Assembly: GCA_021324945.1 (NCBI GenBank)
Contig: JAJPID010000025.1
Location: 13,898 to 77,897 of the forward strand
Direction: 5' to 3'
DNA: 64,000 nt
From: Lysobacterales bacterium
GTDB lineage: Bacteria > Pseudomonadota > Gammaproteobacteria > Xanthomonadales > Rhodanobacteraceae
The notes under the pieces are model-generated. The model was not told where the DNA came from. It saw only the letters and a list, made by a program, of their open reading frames with translations, and made no database searches. The translations under genes and the position numbers were made by a program. The first letter of the stretch is position 1. Every line of letters begins with the position of its first letter. Below, in pieces: positions 19,113 to 29,697 of this stretch.

Positions 19113-19568
19113 ATGGAGAGCCTGGTGGCCCGCGATTTGCTTGTGTTTCGAAAACAGGGGTGGGAGATGCAGTCAACGATGGCAGCCGAGGAAGAATCGG
19201 AGCAGAACTCGCGGGCGGAGGGGTTCGGCGGTTTGCGCCATGCGCGCATGAAACGGCAGACGGCTGTGCTGATGAGCCGCCGCGGCGACGTGTGGACGAC
19301 CGAACTGGAAGACATTTCCGCCACCGGAGCGTTGCTCGCGCGACCTGATCGCTGGCAGGGCGAGCCCGGCGATCTGTGGGTGCTCGACATGCTGTTTCAC
19401 GACAATCTCAATATCCACCTGGAAGCGCGTGTGGCGCGGTTGTCGCAGCAGCGAATCGGCTTCGAGTTCGCGCGCATCCCGGAGGACAAGCAGGCGCCGC
19501 TATGGAATCTGCTCGGGGGTTACGCCGATACGCTGGAACCCTGGGGCGATGAAGAAGTAGAGGATTGA
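19113..19568 (+). CDS. PilZ-domain-like small protein
   Basis: The C-terminal part of the track ORF is coherent: ...RHARMKRQTAVLMSRRGDVWTTELEDISATGALL... with a DxSxxG motif. The start is uncertain (ATG 19113 or ATG 19167). The upstream part of the track ORF is antisense to scpA. Confidence 0.55.
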   Translation: MESLVARDLLVFRKQGWEMQSTMAAEEESEQNSRAEGFGGLRHARMKRQTAVLMSRRGDVWTTELEDISATGALLARPDRWQGEPGDLWVLDMLFHDNLNIHLEARVARLSQQRIGFEFARIPEDKQAPLWNLLGGYADTLEPWGDEEVED

Positions 19569-19599
19569 GCGGCGTCCACGCGTTTTCACGAACCGGTAC

Positions 19600-19627
19600 G
19601 TTGCCGGAGGCGAGCGCCTCCGGCAAC
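19600..19627. terminator. Bidirectional hairpin between convergent genes
   Basis: GTTGCCGGAGGC-gagc-GCCTCCGGCAAC, a 12-bp stem. It lies between the PilZ-like gene stop (19568) and the YXWGXW gene stop (19644). Confidence 0.5.
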
Positions 19628-19643
19628 GCGGACTTCCCTGCTG

Positions 19644-20735
19644 TCAATGCGGGTGATCGTGGTCGTCGCGGCGGTCACGCGGCGCGGGGGCCGGTGGACG
19701 AGGTTGCGCCGCACGATTCATCGTGTGCATCTGTGGCGGGGCATGGTTTTGGTGCGGCATCTCGTATTGTGCGTTCGGTTCGCGCGGCATCTGCGGTGTG
19801 GCTTGACTGCGCTCGAACTGGCCGCGTTGCGGCGCCATGTTTGCGCGTTCGGGTGCAAAACCGCGTTCGCTTGATTGCATGCGCTCCGGCGGCATGCCGT
19901 CGTTGGCGCGGGGCGCGTGCACGAAACCATCCGGTCGCGCCATCGCCGCATTGTGCGGAGCCATCGCAGCCGCGTGCGGCGCGCTCATCGCGGTTTCATT
20001 GCGAACCACGTGCGGTGAGGCGAAGTTACCGGGGCGCGGCGTGGCCAGGATGCCCGGGTTGCCGTGATTGACCGAGAACCGTTGCTCCGGATTGCGCATG
20101 GCCAGATCGCGCTGGCGCAGTTGCGCCGGGGTCGGATCGAAATGGCGTTCATTGGCTGCGGCGAGCTGCTGGGGCGTCGGCCTCGCTTCGATGCCGCCGC
20201 GGCCACCGTTGTAGCTGACGCGATTGACCGTGCTGTTGTTGTAGTTGTTGACGACCGTTTTATCGACGTACACGTTTCGGATATTGGTTACGTTGATGTT
20301 GTTGACTGCGCGGTTGTAATAGAAATCGCGTCCGTGCCAGTAGCCGCCGACGTAGCCGACGCCGAAGTAGCCGAAACCGTAATTGATGCCGCCGTAGAAG
20401 CCCACGCGCGGCCCCCAGTAGCCCGGATGCCAGCGGTAGAAACCTGCATCCCAACCCCACCAGCCCGGCGTCCACAGCACTCCAACTTCGGGTGGCAGCA
20501 CCCAAGTGCCCGGCACCCAGTAATACTCGGTTCCGTCCCACGCCCAGTAGCCGGGCGTCCAGATGTAACCGGGGCCTGGCGCGACCGGCTGCACATAAAC
20601 CGGCAGCGGAGGCGGCGCGATGCCGACGGAAATGCCGATGCTGACGAACGCGGCGGCAGGCAATGGGGCGGACAGTAGCGGCGCACCCAGCAGGCCGGTG
20701 AGCATCGCGCTTTTCAACAAGGTGGTGCGAAACAT
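19644..20735 (-). CDS. Secreted YXWGXW-repeat protein
   Basis: Start at MFRTTLLKSAMLTGLLGAPLLSAPLPAAA (signal peptide). Repeats follow: GYIWTPGYWAW, YYWVPGTWV, LWTPGWWGW, YRWHPGYWGP. The C-terminal half is low-complexity, rich in Pro/His/Met/Gln/Ala. Confidence 0.75.
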   Translation of the reverse strand: MFRTTLLKSAMLTGLLGAPLLSAPLPAAAFVSIGISVGIAPPPLPVYVQPVAPGPGYIWTPGYWAWDGTEYYWVPGTWVLPPEVGVLWTPGWWGWDAGFYRWHPGYWGPRVGFYGGINYGFGYFGVGYVGGYWHGRDFYYNRAVNNINVTNIRNVYVDKTVVNNYNNSTVNRVSYNGGRGGIEARPTPQQLAAANERHFDPTPAQLRQRDLAMRNPEQRFSVNHGNPGILATPRPGNFASPHVVRNETAMSAPHAAAMAPHNAAMARPDGFVHAPRANDGMPPERMQSSERGFAPERANMAPQRGQFERSQATPQMPREPNAQYEMPHQNHAPPQMHTMNRAAQPRPPAPAPRDRRDDHDHPH

Positions 20736-20845
20736 GGGCTTCTCCCGTAGTGGACCCATTGCCAAAACGCGGCGGGGATCGAGCATGTTGACGAGCCCCT
20801 GACAGGCGCTTAGCGGGCATTCAATGATGCACCCCGGGAGATGAA

Positions 20846-21331
20846 TCAACGGTTTCTCGGGTAGGGCCTGCCATCCCTGTGTGTGTATCCGGCTTCTCGG
20901 CCAGGTCCGATATGCATGTCGATATCGGGATACTCGCAAACGTCTTGATCCGGCTTGCGCGAGCCGATTTCCAGGCAACGCGCGACCTCACCCGTGCGAT
21001 TGATGAAGTGATGACCGTTGCCGTCGTTTTTCGGGAAGGCCGCGCAGTCCCCCGCGCGCAAGACATGCTCGCCGCTGTCATCGATCAGGATCAGTTCGCC
21101 TTCCAGCACCCAGACGAATTCGTCTTCCAACGAGTGCCAATGCCGCTGGCTGGACCATGCGCCCGGCGGAAGTTCGAGCAGATTCACACCGAAGTCGGTC
21201 AGACCGCCGGCGTCGCCCAGGCGTTGGCGTACGCGCGTCGAGCAGGGTTCATCGAACGGCGCCGGATAAGACGACCCTACGCGACGCAGCACGGATTCAA
21301 TATCAATCTTTGGCACGCGCCTTCTCCGCAT
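20846..21331 (-). CDS. Cupin-domain protein
   Basis: 161 aa with cupin motifs ([35 protein letters not shown]). ATG 21331 overlaps the fadD 3' end by 29 nt. GTG 21316 is an alternative start. Confidence 0.8.
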   Translation of the reverse strand: MRRRRVPKIDIESVLRRVGSSYPAPFDEPCSTRVRQRLGDAGGLTDFGVNLLELPPGAWSSQRHWHSLEDEFVWVLEGELILIDDSGEHVLRAGDCAAFPKNDGNGHHFINRTGEVARCLEIGSRKPDQDVCEYPDIDMHIGPGREAGYTHRDGRPYPRNR

Positions 21332-22997
21332 CGCGCAATTCGCGCCGCAGGATCTTGCCGACGTTGCTCTTGGGCAGCGAGTCGCGGAACTCGATGTATT
21401 TGGGACGCTTGTACCCGGTCAGTTCGTCGTGGCAATACTGCTTCAGTGCCTCCACAGTCAGCGCGGGATCCTTCTTCACCACGAACAATTTGACCACCTC
21501 GCCGGAGTGCTCGTCCGGTACACCGATTGCGGCGACTTCCAGCACGCCAGGATAGCGCGCCACCACGTCTTCGATCTCGTTGGGATAGACGTTGAAGCCG
21601 GAGACCAGGATCATGTCCTTCTTGCGATCCACGATGTAGAAGAAACCTCGTTCGTCCATGCGTGCAATATCGCCGGTACGCAGCCAACCGCCGTCCGTCA
21701 GCACCTTCGCGGTTTCGTCCGGGCGATTCCAGTAGCCCTTCATCACCTGCGGGCCGCGCACCACCAGTTCGCCGGTTTCGCCGACCGGTTGCGGCTGGTC
21801 GTCTTCGGACCAGATCGCGACATCCGTGCTCGGCAGAGGCAGACCGATCGCGCCGTTGTAGTCCTTCAGATCGGGCGGGTTGATGCACACACCCGGCGAG
21901 GTTTCCGTCAAGCCGTAGGCTTCCAGCAGCGTGCAGCCGGTGACGCGTTTCCATTTTTCAGCGACCGCACGCTGCACCGCCATGCCGCCGCCCAGCGAAA
22001 TGCGCAGGTGCGAAAAATCGACTTGCTCGAAACCAGGCGTGTGCAGCAGGCCGTTGAACAAGGTATTGACGCCCGGCAGGATCGAAAATGGAACCGACTT
22101 CAACGTCTTGACGAAACTTCGCATGTCGCGCGGATTCGTGATCAGGACGGTGTTCGCGCCCAGCCGCATGAACACCATGACGCACGCGGTCAGCGAGAAG
22201 ATGTGATACATCGGCAGTGCCGCGATCGCGACCTCCTTGCCTGGCTGCAGCCAGTGGCCGATCCACGCGTGAACCTGCAGCATGTTGGCGACCATGTTGC
22301 CGTGCGTGAGCATCGCGCCCTTGGCCACGCCGGTGGTACCGCCGGTGTACTGCAGAAAGGCGAGGTCGCCGTGATCGAGCGCGGTCCTCGGGGTCTGCAG
22401 CCTTGCGCCGCGTTTCAGGGCATCGCTGAAGCACACGTGATCTGGGATGTTCCAGCGCGGCACCATCTTCTTGACGTGCTTCACCGCGAGGCTCATCAAA
22501 GGGCCCTTCGGAAAACCGAGCAGATCACCAAGCGACGTCACGATCACGTGCGCGACATCGGTATGGCTGCGCACTTCCGCCAGCGTGGCGGCGAAATTCT
22601 CCAGCACCACGATGGCCTTCGCGCCCGAGTCGCGCAACTGGTGCTCCAGTTCGCGCGCGGTGTAGAGCGGATTGACGTTGACGACGGTGAGGCCCGCGCG
22701 CAGCGCGCCGAACAGCGCCACCGGATACTGCAACAGGTTCGGCATCATGATGGCGATGCGGTCGCCCTTGCCGAGTTTCAGTTCGTAGCACAGGTATGCC
22801 GCGAAAGCGGCGCTGCGCGCATCCAGCTCGGCATAGCGCATGGAAACGCCGAAGCTGCTGAAGGCCGGCTGTTGCGCGAACCGAGCGCAGGATTCTTCGA
22901 ACATCGTCACCACCGAGGGGTAGGCGCCGAGATCGATTTCTTGCGGAACGCCCGCCGGATAATGCGCCAGCCACGGACGCTCGCTGTCGTTGCCCAT
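21303..22997 (-). CDS. fadD: Long-chain-fatty-acid--CoA ligase
   Basis: Start at [21 protein letters not shown] (GGGGA SD upstream), which aligns with E. coli FadD (..WLNRYPADVPTEI). AMP-binding motifs are present: [23 protein letters not shown] and [13 protein letters not shown]. Confidence 0.9.
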   Translation of the reverse strand: MGNDSERPWLAHYPAGVPQEIDLGAYPSVVTMFEESCARFAQQPAFSSFGVSMRYAELDARSAAFAAYLCYELKLGKGDRIAIMMPNLLQYPVALFGALRAGLTVVNVNPLYTARELEHQLRDSGAKAIVVLENFAATLAEVRSHTDVAHVIVTSLGDLLGFPKGPLMSLAVKHVKKMVPRWNIPDHVCFSDALKRGARLQTPRTALDHGDLAFLQYTGGTTGVAKGAMLTHGNMVANMLQVHAWIGHWLQPGKEVAIAALPMYHIFSLTACVMVFMRLGANTVLITNPRDMRSFVKTLKSVPFSILPGVNTLFNGLLHTPGFEQVDFSHLRISLGGGMAVQRAVAEKWKRVTGCTLLEAYGLTETSPGVCINPPDLKDYNGAIGLPLPSTDVAIWSEDDQPQPVGETGELVVRGPQVMKGYWNRPDETAKVLTDGGWLRTGDIARMDERGFFYIVDRKKDMILVSGFNVYPNEIEDVVARYPGVLEVAAIGVPDEHSGEVVKLFVVKKDPALTVEALKQYCHDELTGYKRPKYIEFRDSLPKSNVGKILRRELRDAEKARAKD

Positions 22998-23083
22998 CGT
23001 TTCCCCCGTGCGTCGGTCGATCGTGGTGCTCATCGCCGCGATTGGAACACGCAAGAACCCGCCGACGCCATGCCAGGCGAGCA

Positions 23084-23213
23084 GCGTTGCGGAGCAACCC
23101 GAAGGGCCGTGGCCCTCTGTCCGCATGGCGGCGTCATCGCTCGTCTATACATCGGTGTACCTCTTCCTCACTCTTCCTTGCCCTGCAGGCAAAGGGCCGA
23201 CTACGCGGCGGTC
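23084..23213 (-). repeat. Copy A of a ~125-nt repeated intergenic element (oriented toward fadD)
   Basis: Shares with 61175-61300 a 27/27-nt core (minus strand CTGCAGGGCAAGGAAGAGTGAGGAAGA = 23188-23162), then a 25-nt spacer, a 13/13-nt block (TGACGCCGCCATG = 23136-23124), and a further ~40 nt of partial identity. Confidence 0.7.
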
Positions 23214-23240
23214 TGGCATAGTGTTGGCAGACTCCAATAA

Positions 23241-23753
23241 ATGGCAAGCTGCAATGCAGCGAGCAGAAGGGATGGATGCGTGAAGACGGCAAGAGAGGCG
23301 AAACTTTTTCTCTCAGGTGCACGCTTGCCTGCCGCTCTTGCGTTCGTGCTGATTTTGCTCTCGCTGATCGCCGCCTGCCATCGCACGCTGGATGAGGAAC
23401 AGGTACGACAGGCAATCGCATCCGCCGCGACCGACGCGCGCAACAACGATGCCGACGGCGTGCTTGCGGTGGTCAGTAATGATTTCTTGGGCAATGACGG
23501 CGAGCTGGACCGACACGCTCTGAAACAGATGCTGGTGCTGCGGGCATTTCGCAAGGACAGTACTGGCGTGCTGATCGGGCCGATTTCAGTCCAACGTCAA
23601 GGCGATCGGTTGATCGCGACCTTCACCCTCACGCTCACCGGCGGAAAAGCTGACAGCCTGTTGCCCGATCAAGCCGACGTGTTCGCGATGACGACTGCAT
23701 GGAAGCGCGAGGACGGTCGCTGGCGCTGCTACAGCGCGAACTGGCGGCGCTGA
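23241..23753 (+). CDS. Hypothetical lipoprotein
   Basis: Signal peptide with lipobox LSLIAAC. The mature part (~125 aa) ends ...TTAWKREDGRWRCYSANW, which looks like an NTF2/SnoaL-type fold (inference). The start is uncertain (ATG 23241 or GTG 23280). Confidence 0.55.
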   Translation: MASCNAASRRDGCVKTAREAKLFLSGARLPAALAFVLILLSLIAACHRTLDEEQVRQAIASAATDARNNDADGVLAVVSNDFLGNDGELDRHALKQMLVLRAFRKDSTGVLIGPISVQRQGDRLIATFTLTLTGGKADSLLPDQADVFAMTTAWKREDGRWRCYSANWRR

Positions 23754-23818
23754 AAAATCTGCAACCCTTCTTAACGTCGCGGCTGGCTATCCTCGCGAAG
23801 GACGAGGGAGGGAGCAGA

Positions 23819-24748
23819 ATGCAACGTGTTTTCGTCGTCGGTTGCCCGCGTTCGGGCACCACGATCGTCCAGGCCATGCTTGCGCGGCATCCACGCGTGT
23901 ATTCGCTCGAGGAGACGTATTTCTTCTCGGCCCTGCTTGGCAATGCCGATATGCGCTGGGGAGATCGCGGAGCCCGCAAGCTGGAGCGTTGGTATCACCG
24001 GGCAGGCATGGCGAGATCGTCTGCACGTCGCCGGCTGCGCGAGCTCGAACACATCTACGAACCGCAAAGCCGACATGCGCGCTCTTTGTTTCGCGCCAGC
24101 ACATGCGTGCGGCATTATATCGCCTTGCTCGACTGCCTCGCGGAGGCGCAATGCAAGTCGCATTGGGTCGAGAAAACGCCGGATCACCTCGTTTATATCG
24201 AAGAGATCGCGCGGGAAGTGCCCAATGCGCGTTTCGTGCACGTGCTGCGCAATGGTCTGGATGTAATCGCTTCCATTACCGATGCCGATCTGCATCATTA
24301 CACCGCCGGCTTCCGCGGCGGCGTCAGGATGTGGGCGGCGCGCTGGAATCGCGCGATGACATTGCATCTCGCCAAGGCGGGCGACCCGGGGCATCATCTG
24401 GTCTGTCTGGAGGACCTGGTGGCGGATCCGTGCGCGGAATGGGAACGGCTGTGTGCATTTCTCGGTTTGGAGGCGGACGCGGTCCTGGAGGCGCGCCCCA
24501 GCCCTGCGGTGGTGAATTCTCGTGTCGAGCCATGGAAGAGCGGGGCAGCGGCCGGGACGGTGGAGCATCCTCGACACAAGGCGCGCTCCCTGTTTGGACC
24601 GCGCATGCTCTCGTGGCTGGAATCGCATCTGACCGATTACCATGCAGTTCGTGCCGCGATCGAGTGCAACCGCAGGATTGGCGCGCAAACCGAACGGCAC
24701 GGCGGGACATCAGGACGATCGGCAGTTCGACGCGCTGCGCATCATTGA
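23819..24748 (+). CDS. Sulfotransferase-family protein
   Basis: Start at MQRVFVVGCPRSGTT (PAPS 5'-phosphosulfate-binding loop), with GAGGGAGGGAG upstream. RFVHVLRNGLDV resembles the 3'-phosphate-binding motif. Confidence 0.7.
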   Translation: MQRVFVVGCPRSGTTIVQAMLARHPRVYSLEETYFFSALLGNADMRWGDRGARKLERWYHRAGMARSSARRRLRELEHIYEPQSRHARSLFRASTCVRHYIALLDCLAEAQCKSHWVEKTPDHLVYIEEIAREVPNARFVHVLRNGLDVIASITDADLHHYTAGFRGGVRMWAARWNRAMTLHLAKAGDPGHHLVCLEDLVADPCAEWERLCAFLGLEADAVLEARPSPAVVNSRVEPWKSGAAAGTVEHPRHKARSLFGPRMLSWLESHLTDYHAVRAAIECNRRIGAQTERHGGTSGRSAVRRAAHH

Positions 24749-24969
24749 GCTTTCGTTACACGCCATCCTTGGGTCACCGCCAGATGTATGGCGCTTCGGG
24801 CGGGAGAGAAGAGCCGTAAAGTCGTGCTTCGCAGGAGATTGCGGCGCGAGGACGAAACGGGATCGTCGTGGGACATGGGGGGGCCCCTTTGTGCGCGTAG
24901 GCCACTGTGCCTCCGCGCCGGTGCGGCCGTGTGTAAATCGGGTCGAATGTTTCAAAAGGCGAATCACGA

Positions 24970-24995
24970 CGCTCGCGCGTCAGCACGCGCGAGCG
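24970..24995 (-). terminator. Hairpin downstream of acnA
   Basis: CGCTCGCGCG-tcagca-CGCGCGAGCG, a 10-bp stem. On the minus strand it is followed by a partly T-rich tract (TCGTGATTCGCCTTTTG). Confidence 0.45.
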
Positions 24996-25013
24996 CCATT
25001 GATGACTTGGCGC

Positions 25014-27755
25014 TTACGCGGCTTTCGCCAGATCTCGCAGCACGTATTGCAGGATGCCGCCGTGCCGGTAGAACTCCCGTTCCTTCGGCGTCAGCAGCAT
25101 CACGTGTACCTTGAACTTCCTCTCGCCACCGTTCGCATCCCGCGCAATGACCTGGGCGATGCGCGCGTTGCCGCCCTCCAGTCCGGTGATGGAAAACGTT
25201 TCCTTGCCGGTGAAGCCCAGCGTCTGCGCGTTCTCACCTTCCATGAAGGTCAGCGGCAATACGCCCATGCCGACCAGATTTGAGCGATGGATGCGTTCGA
25301 AACTCTCGGCGATCACGGCTTTCACGCCCAGCAGCAGCGTGCCTTTCGCCGCCCAATCGCGCGATGAGCCGGTGCCGTATTCCTTGCCGGCGATCACGAC
25401 CAGCGGCGTGTTCTCGCTCTTGTATTTCATCGCCGCGTCGTAGATCGCCAATTGTTCGCCGCTCGGCACGTGCAGGGTGTAACCGCCTTCCACGCCGTCC
25501 AGCATCTTGTTCTTGATGCGGATGTTGGCGAAGGTGCCGCGCACCATTACGTCGTCGTTGCCGCGCCGCGATCCATAGGAATTGAAATCCTTCGGTTCAA
25601 CGCCGCGCGCCATCAGGTATTTGCCCGCCGGCGAATCCTTCTTGATGGAACCCGCGGGGGAGATGTGGTCGGTGGTGATCGAATCGCCGAACAGCGCGAG
25701 GCAGCGCGCGCCGGAAATATCCGAAGTCGGCAGCGGCTCGCGCGTCATGCCTTCGAAGTAGGGCGGATTCTTGATGTAAGTGGAAGATTCGTCCCACGCG
25801 TACTGATCGCCCTCCGGCGCTTGTACCGTGTTCCAGCGCGCATCGCCCTTAAACACGTCGGCGTAGCTCTGCTTGAACATCTGCGCATCGACGGCCTTGG
25901 CGATCAGGTCGCCGATGTCCTTGTTGCTCGGCCAGATGTCTTTCAGATAGACCTCTTCACCGCCGTTGCCCTTGCCGATCGGATCCTTCGCCAGATCGAT
26001 GTCCAGCGTGCCGGCCAGCGCATAAGCCACCACCAGCGGCGGCGAGGCGAGGTAATTCATCTTGACGTCCGGATGGATGCGGCCTTCGAAGTTGCGGTTG
26101 CCCGACAACACTGCTGCTGCGGCGAGATCGCGGTCGTTGATCGCCTTGCTGATCGGCTCAGCCAGCGGGCCGGAATTGCCAATGCAGGTGGTGCAGCCGT
26201 AACCGACCAGGTAAAAACCGAGTTTCTCCAGATCGTCGAGTAGACCGGCCTTCTTCAAATAATCGGTGACGACCTGCGAACCGGGCGCGAGAGAAGTCTT
26301 GACCCACGGCTTGGCCTTCAGGCCTTTCGCGACTGCGTTGCGCGCGAGCAGACCCGCGCCCAGCATCACCGCGGGATTGGACGTATTAGTGCAGGAGGTG
26401 ATCGCCGCGATCACCACCGCGCCGTCCTTCAGATCGAAACGCGCATTGCCGTACTCGATCGGCGGATTCTCCGCCACGCTCTCGTCGTGTCCTACCGCAG
26501 TGCTGCCGCCTTCGTTGAGGAAACGCTCGATGCCGCCGTTCCTCTGTTTGCGGTTCGCGGTGAGCACAGCGACGCTCTCGCGGTAGTTGTTCTGCATCTC
26601 CGACAATAGCACGCGATCCTGCGGACGCTTGGGTCCGGCCATCGACGGCTTCACGTCCGCGAGATCCAGTTCCAGCACCGCGCTGTAATCGGAATGTTTC
26701 TGGCCGGGCTCGTGCCACATACCTTGATGCTTGGCGTATGCTTCGATCAGTGTGATCTGCTCTTCGCTGCGGCCGGTGAGTTTCAAGTAATCCAGCACTT
26801 CCTTGTCGATCGGGAAAATGCCGCAGGTGGCGCCGTATTCGGGCGCCATGTTGCCGATGGTGGCGCGATCGGCCAGCGGCAGATGCTGCAACCCATCTCC
26901 GAAGAATTCCACGAACTTGCCGACGACACCCAGCTTGCGCAGCATCTGCGTCACGGTGAGCACGAGGTCGGTCGCGGTGGCGCCCTCCGGCAATTTGCCG
27001 GAAAGTTTGAAACCGATTACCTGCGGAATCAGCATCGACGAAGGTTGGCCCAGCATCGCCGCCTCCGCCTCGATGCCGCCCACGCCCCAGCCCAGCACGC
27101 CCAGACCATTCACCATCGTGGTGTGCGAATCGGTGCCGAGCACGGTGTCGGGGTATGCCCACAACTCGCCGTCGCGCTGCGCGGCCATTACCACGCGCGC
27201 GAGATATTCCAGGTTCACCTGGTGCACGATACCGGTGCGGGGCGGCACCACCGCGAAATTATCCAGGGCCTTCTGGCCCCAACGCAGAAAGGCATAACGC
27301 TCGCGATTGCGTTCGAACTCGATGCGCGCGTTCTCTTCCAGCGCATCGGGTTCGCCGTACACGTCTACCTGCACCGAGTGGTCGATCACCAGTTCGGCCG
27401 GTGAAAGCGGATTGATCCTCTTCGGGTCGCCGCCCAGCGCGACCATTGCGTCGCGCATCGCAGCGAGATCGACCACACAGGGCACGCCGGTAAAATCCTG
27501 CAAGACCACGCGCGCGGGCAGGAAGGAAATCTCGGTATCCGATTCCGTCTTTGGATCCCACTTCGCCACCGCTTCGATCTGCTTCGCCGTGACCTCGGAG
27601 CCATCCTCGTACCGCAGCAGATTCTCCAGCAGCACCTTGATCGAATAGGGCAGGCGGGCAAGATCGAATTGCTTGCCGAGTTTGGCGAGGCTCGCTATGC
27701 GGTACTCCTTGCCATTGACTTTCAAGGTGTCGCGAACGCTGAAGGTGTCTTTCAC
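25014..27755 (-). CDS. acnA: Aconitate hydratase A
   Basis: GTG at 27755 has AAGGAGA upstream. The N-terminus ([18 protein letters not shown]...[14 protein letters not shown]) parallels E. coli AcnA. Fe-S ligand regions are present ([22 protein letters not shown]). Confidence 0.95.
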   Translation of the reverse strand: MKDTFSVRDTLKVNGKEYRIASLAKLGKQFDLARLPYSIKVLLENLLRYEDGSEVTAKQIEAVAKWDPKTESDTEISFLPARVVLQDFTGVPCVVDLAAMRDAMVALGGDPKRINPLSPAELVIDHSVQVDVYGEPDALEENARIEFERNRERYAFLRWGQKALDNFAVVPPRTGIVHQVNLEYLARVVMAAQRDGELWAYPDTVLGTDSHTTMVNGLGVLGWGVGGIEAEAAMLGQPSSMLIPQVIGFKLSGKLPEGATATDLVLTVTQMLRKLGVVGKFVEFFGDGLQHLPLADRATIGNMAPEYGATCGIFPIDKEVLDYLKLTGRSEEQITLIEAYAKHQGMWHEPGQKHSDYSAVLELDLADVKPSMAGPKRPQDRVLLSEMQNNYRESVAVLTANRKQRNGGIERFLNEGGSTAVGHDESVAENPPIEYGNARFDLKDGAVVIAAITSCTNTSNPAVMLGAGLLARNAVAKGLKAKPWVKTSLAPGSQVVTDYLKKAGLLDDLEKLGFYLVGYGCTTCIGNSGPLAEPISKAINDRDLAAAAVLSGNRNFEGRIHPDVKMNYLASPPLVVAYALAGTLDIDLAKDPIGKGNGGEEVYLKDIWPSNKDIGDLIAKAVDAQMFKQSYADVFKGDARWNTVQAPEGDQYAWDESSTYIKNPPYFEGMTREPLPTSDISGARCLALFGDSITTDHISPAGSIKKDSPAGKYLMARGVEPKDFNSYGSRRGNDDVMVRGTFANIRIKNKMLDGVEGGYTLHVPSGEQLAIYDAAMKYKSENTPLVVIAGKEYGTGSSRDWAAKGTLLLGVKAVIAESFERIHRSNLVGMGVLPLTFMEGENAQTLGFTGKETFSITGLEGGNARIAQVIARDANGGERKFKVHVMLLTPKEREFYRHGGILQYVLRDLAKAA

Positions 27756-27983
27756 GCGGTTTCTCCTTGTGCAACCGCGCGAACGCGGCGTGGTCAGCCG
27801 CCAATTATCGCGCAAACCCTCACCGTCCGCGAATCGCAAATGTTTGCAGCCTGCCTGTGATCCACTTCAAGTCTGAGGGAAACTCTGATCTCTCGGAGTT
27901 CTCGCGGCACAGGGATGTGCTCTGACCAATCCCGGCTGGATTTGTTCAGAGCTTTCCCGAGTAAGGGGCTTCCGGAGTTGGGC

Positions 27984-28607
27984 TCAAATACCATCCAGTG
28001 TGCAGCGCGTCAGCATGCCGCGCGCCAGCATGACCTCACGACGCGGGCGCATCAGCAGATGCCAGCGGCGGCCGCCGAGCTGGCGCCACAATACCGCCGC
28101 GCGCAATGCCGACAGGAGCAGGGCGCGGATGCGCTGCACCTGCACCGGCTGATGCAGATACAGCGGACTGCCGACCACCATCACGCGTGGCCTCAAATTG
28201 GAAAGATTCTCGGCATACAAATCGGCCACACGCGCGACAACCGTCGGATGAGTGGGGCCGAAATGCAGCAGTTGCCGCTGCATGCCTCGCAAGCCTTGTC
28301 GCAGCGACTGCACGGCCGCGGGATGCCTGCCCAGCGAGCGCTCCAGTCGTAGGATCGCGAACACGATCCGCAGCAGTGCCGGATCGCGCACCTTTCCATC
28401 GATCTGCGCAACCAGCATGCGCAAGCCATCGCTGACGTTGACTACGCCACCGTACACCTCCGCGACGCTGTCGCTTTCCAGCTTGAACACACTCGACATG
28501 CACGTCTCGAACGCCGCGCAGTCGCAATCCCCTTCCGTCGCCAGCGAACGCACCAGCGACACGGCCTGGAACAGGCCGCCGAGAGCGATCACGCGGGCTT
28601 CGTTCAT
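27984..28607 (-). CDS. hflD: High-frequency-of-lysogenization protein HflD
   Basis: Start at MNEARVIALGGLFQAVSLV. Overlaps the mnmA stop by 4 nt, the conserved mnmA-hflD pair. Confidence 0.85.
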   Translation of the reverse strand: MNEARVIALGGLFQAVSLVRSLATEGDCDCAAFETCMSSVFKLESDSVAEVYGGVVNVSDGLRMLVAQIDGKVRDPALLRIVFAILRLERSLGRHPAAVQSLRQGLRGMQRQLLHFGPTHPTVVARVADLYAENLSNLRPRVMVVGSPLYLHQPVQVQRIRALLLSALRAAVLWRQLGGRRWHLLMRPRREVMLARGMLTRCTLDGI

Positions 28608-29695
28608 GGCGTGATCTCCGGCGCATCCGTGGAGGCGATAACGCCGCCGCCCAGACATTCGTCGCCCGCGTAGAACACCACCGACTGCCCTGGCGCCACC
28701 GCGCGCTGCACTTCGTCAAAACGGACGTTTATGCCTTTATCCGCCCATTCGATTTCGCAGGTTTGAGGAGTTTGCCGATAGCGCACCATCGCTTCGCAAC
28801 GGAGGGGCAGGGAAGGTTTCACGCCGGCGATCCAGTGGACTTTTTGCGCGCGCAAATTTTGCGACATCAGCCAGCGATTCTGCGTGCCCTGCGCCACGTA
28901 CACGACATTCATCCCGATGTCCTTACCGACCACGTACCATGGTCCGCCAGCGCTGCCCGCACGACCGCCAATCCGCAACCCGGCGCGCTGGCCGAGGGTG
29001 TAAAACATCGCGCCATGATGTTCGCCCAGCACTTCACCTTCCGGGGTGCGCAGCTCGCCGGGTTGCGCCGGCAGATATTTCGAGAGAAACGCGCGGAAAT
29101 CGCGTTCACCGATGAAGCAGATGCCGGTGGAATCCTTCTTGTCGTGCACGGCGAAACCGGCTTCACGCGCAAGCGCGCGGACCTGCGGCTTGCGCAGTCC
29201 GCCTAGCGGAAACACTGCCGCGCCCAGTTGTTCCTGATCCAGCGCGTGCAGGAAATAAGTTTGGTCTTTTTCGATATCCAGCGCGCGCAGCAGCTTGTAG
29301 CGGCCATCTTCATGCGTCGTGCGTGCGTAATGGCCCGTCGCGATCTTCTCGGCGCCCAGTTCGCGCGCGGCATCCAGAAAAGTGCGGAACTTGATCTCGC
29401 GATTGCACAGCACGTCCGGGTTGGGCGTACGGCCGGAGCGATATTCCGAGAGAAAATGCGCGAAGACGCGCTCGCGGTATTCGCTCGCGAAATCGCGTGC
29501 ATGGAAGGGAATCCCGAGTTTCGCGCAGACCGCCAGCGCATCTTTGCGATCCTCGTCGGCGCGGCAAGCGGAGTCCGGCTCGTCGTCTTCCCAGTTCTGC
29601 ATGAACATGCCGGCAATGTCATCACCGTTGCGTTTCAGCAACAGCGCTGCGACCGCGGAATCCACGCCGCCGGAAAGCCCGACCACCGCCCGCAT
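28604..29695 (-). CDS. mnmA: tRNA 2-thiouridine(34) synthase
   Basis: Start at MRAVVGLSGGVDSAVAALLL (PP-loop SGGVDS). Conserved KDQTYFL and DSTGICFIGE. Confidence 0.95.
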   Translation of the reverse strand: MRAVVGLSGGVDSAVAALLLKRNGDDIAGMFMQNWEDDEPDSACRADEDRKDALAVCAKLGIPFHARDFASEYRERVFAHFLSEYRSGRTPNPDVLCNREIKFRTFLDAARELGAEKIATGHYARTTHEDGRYKLLRALDIEKDQTYFLHALDQEQLGAAVFPLGGLRKPQVRALAREAGFAVHDKKDSTGICFIGERDFRAFLSKYLPAQPGELRTPEGEVLGEHHGAMFYTLGQRAGLRIGGRAGSAGGPWYVVGKDIGMNVVYVAQGTQNRWLMSQNLRAQKVHWIAGVKPSLPLRCEAMVRYRQTPQTCEIEWADKGINVRFDEVQRAVAPGQSVVFYAGDECLGGGVIASTDAPEITP

Positions 29696-29697
29696 GA

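Noticed and set aside
21311-21327. TGGCAC-N5-TTCT, resembling a sigma-54 promoter.
   Set aside because: It lacks the conserved GC of the -12 element and lies inside overlapping coding sequence (cupin/fadD).
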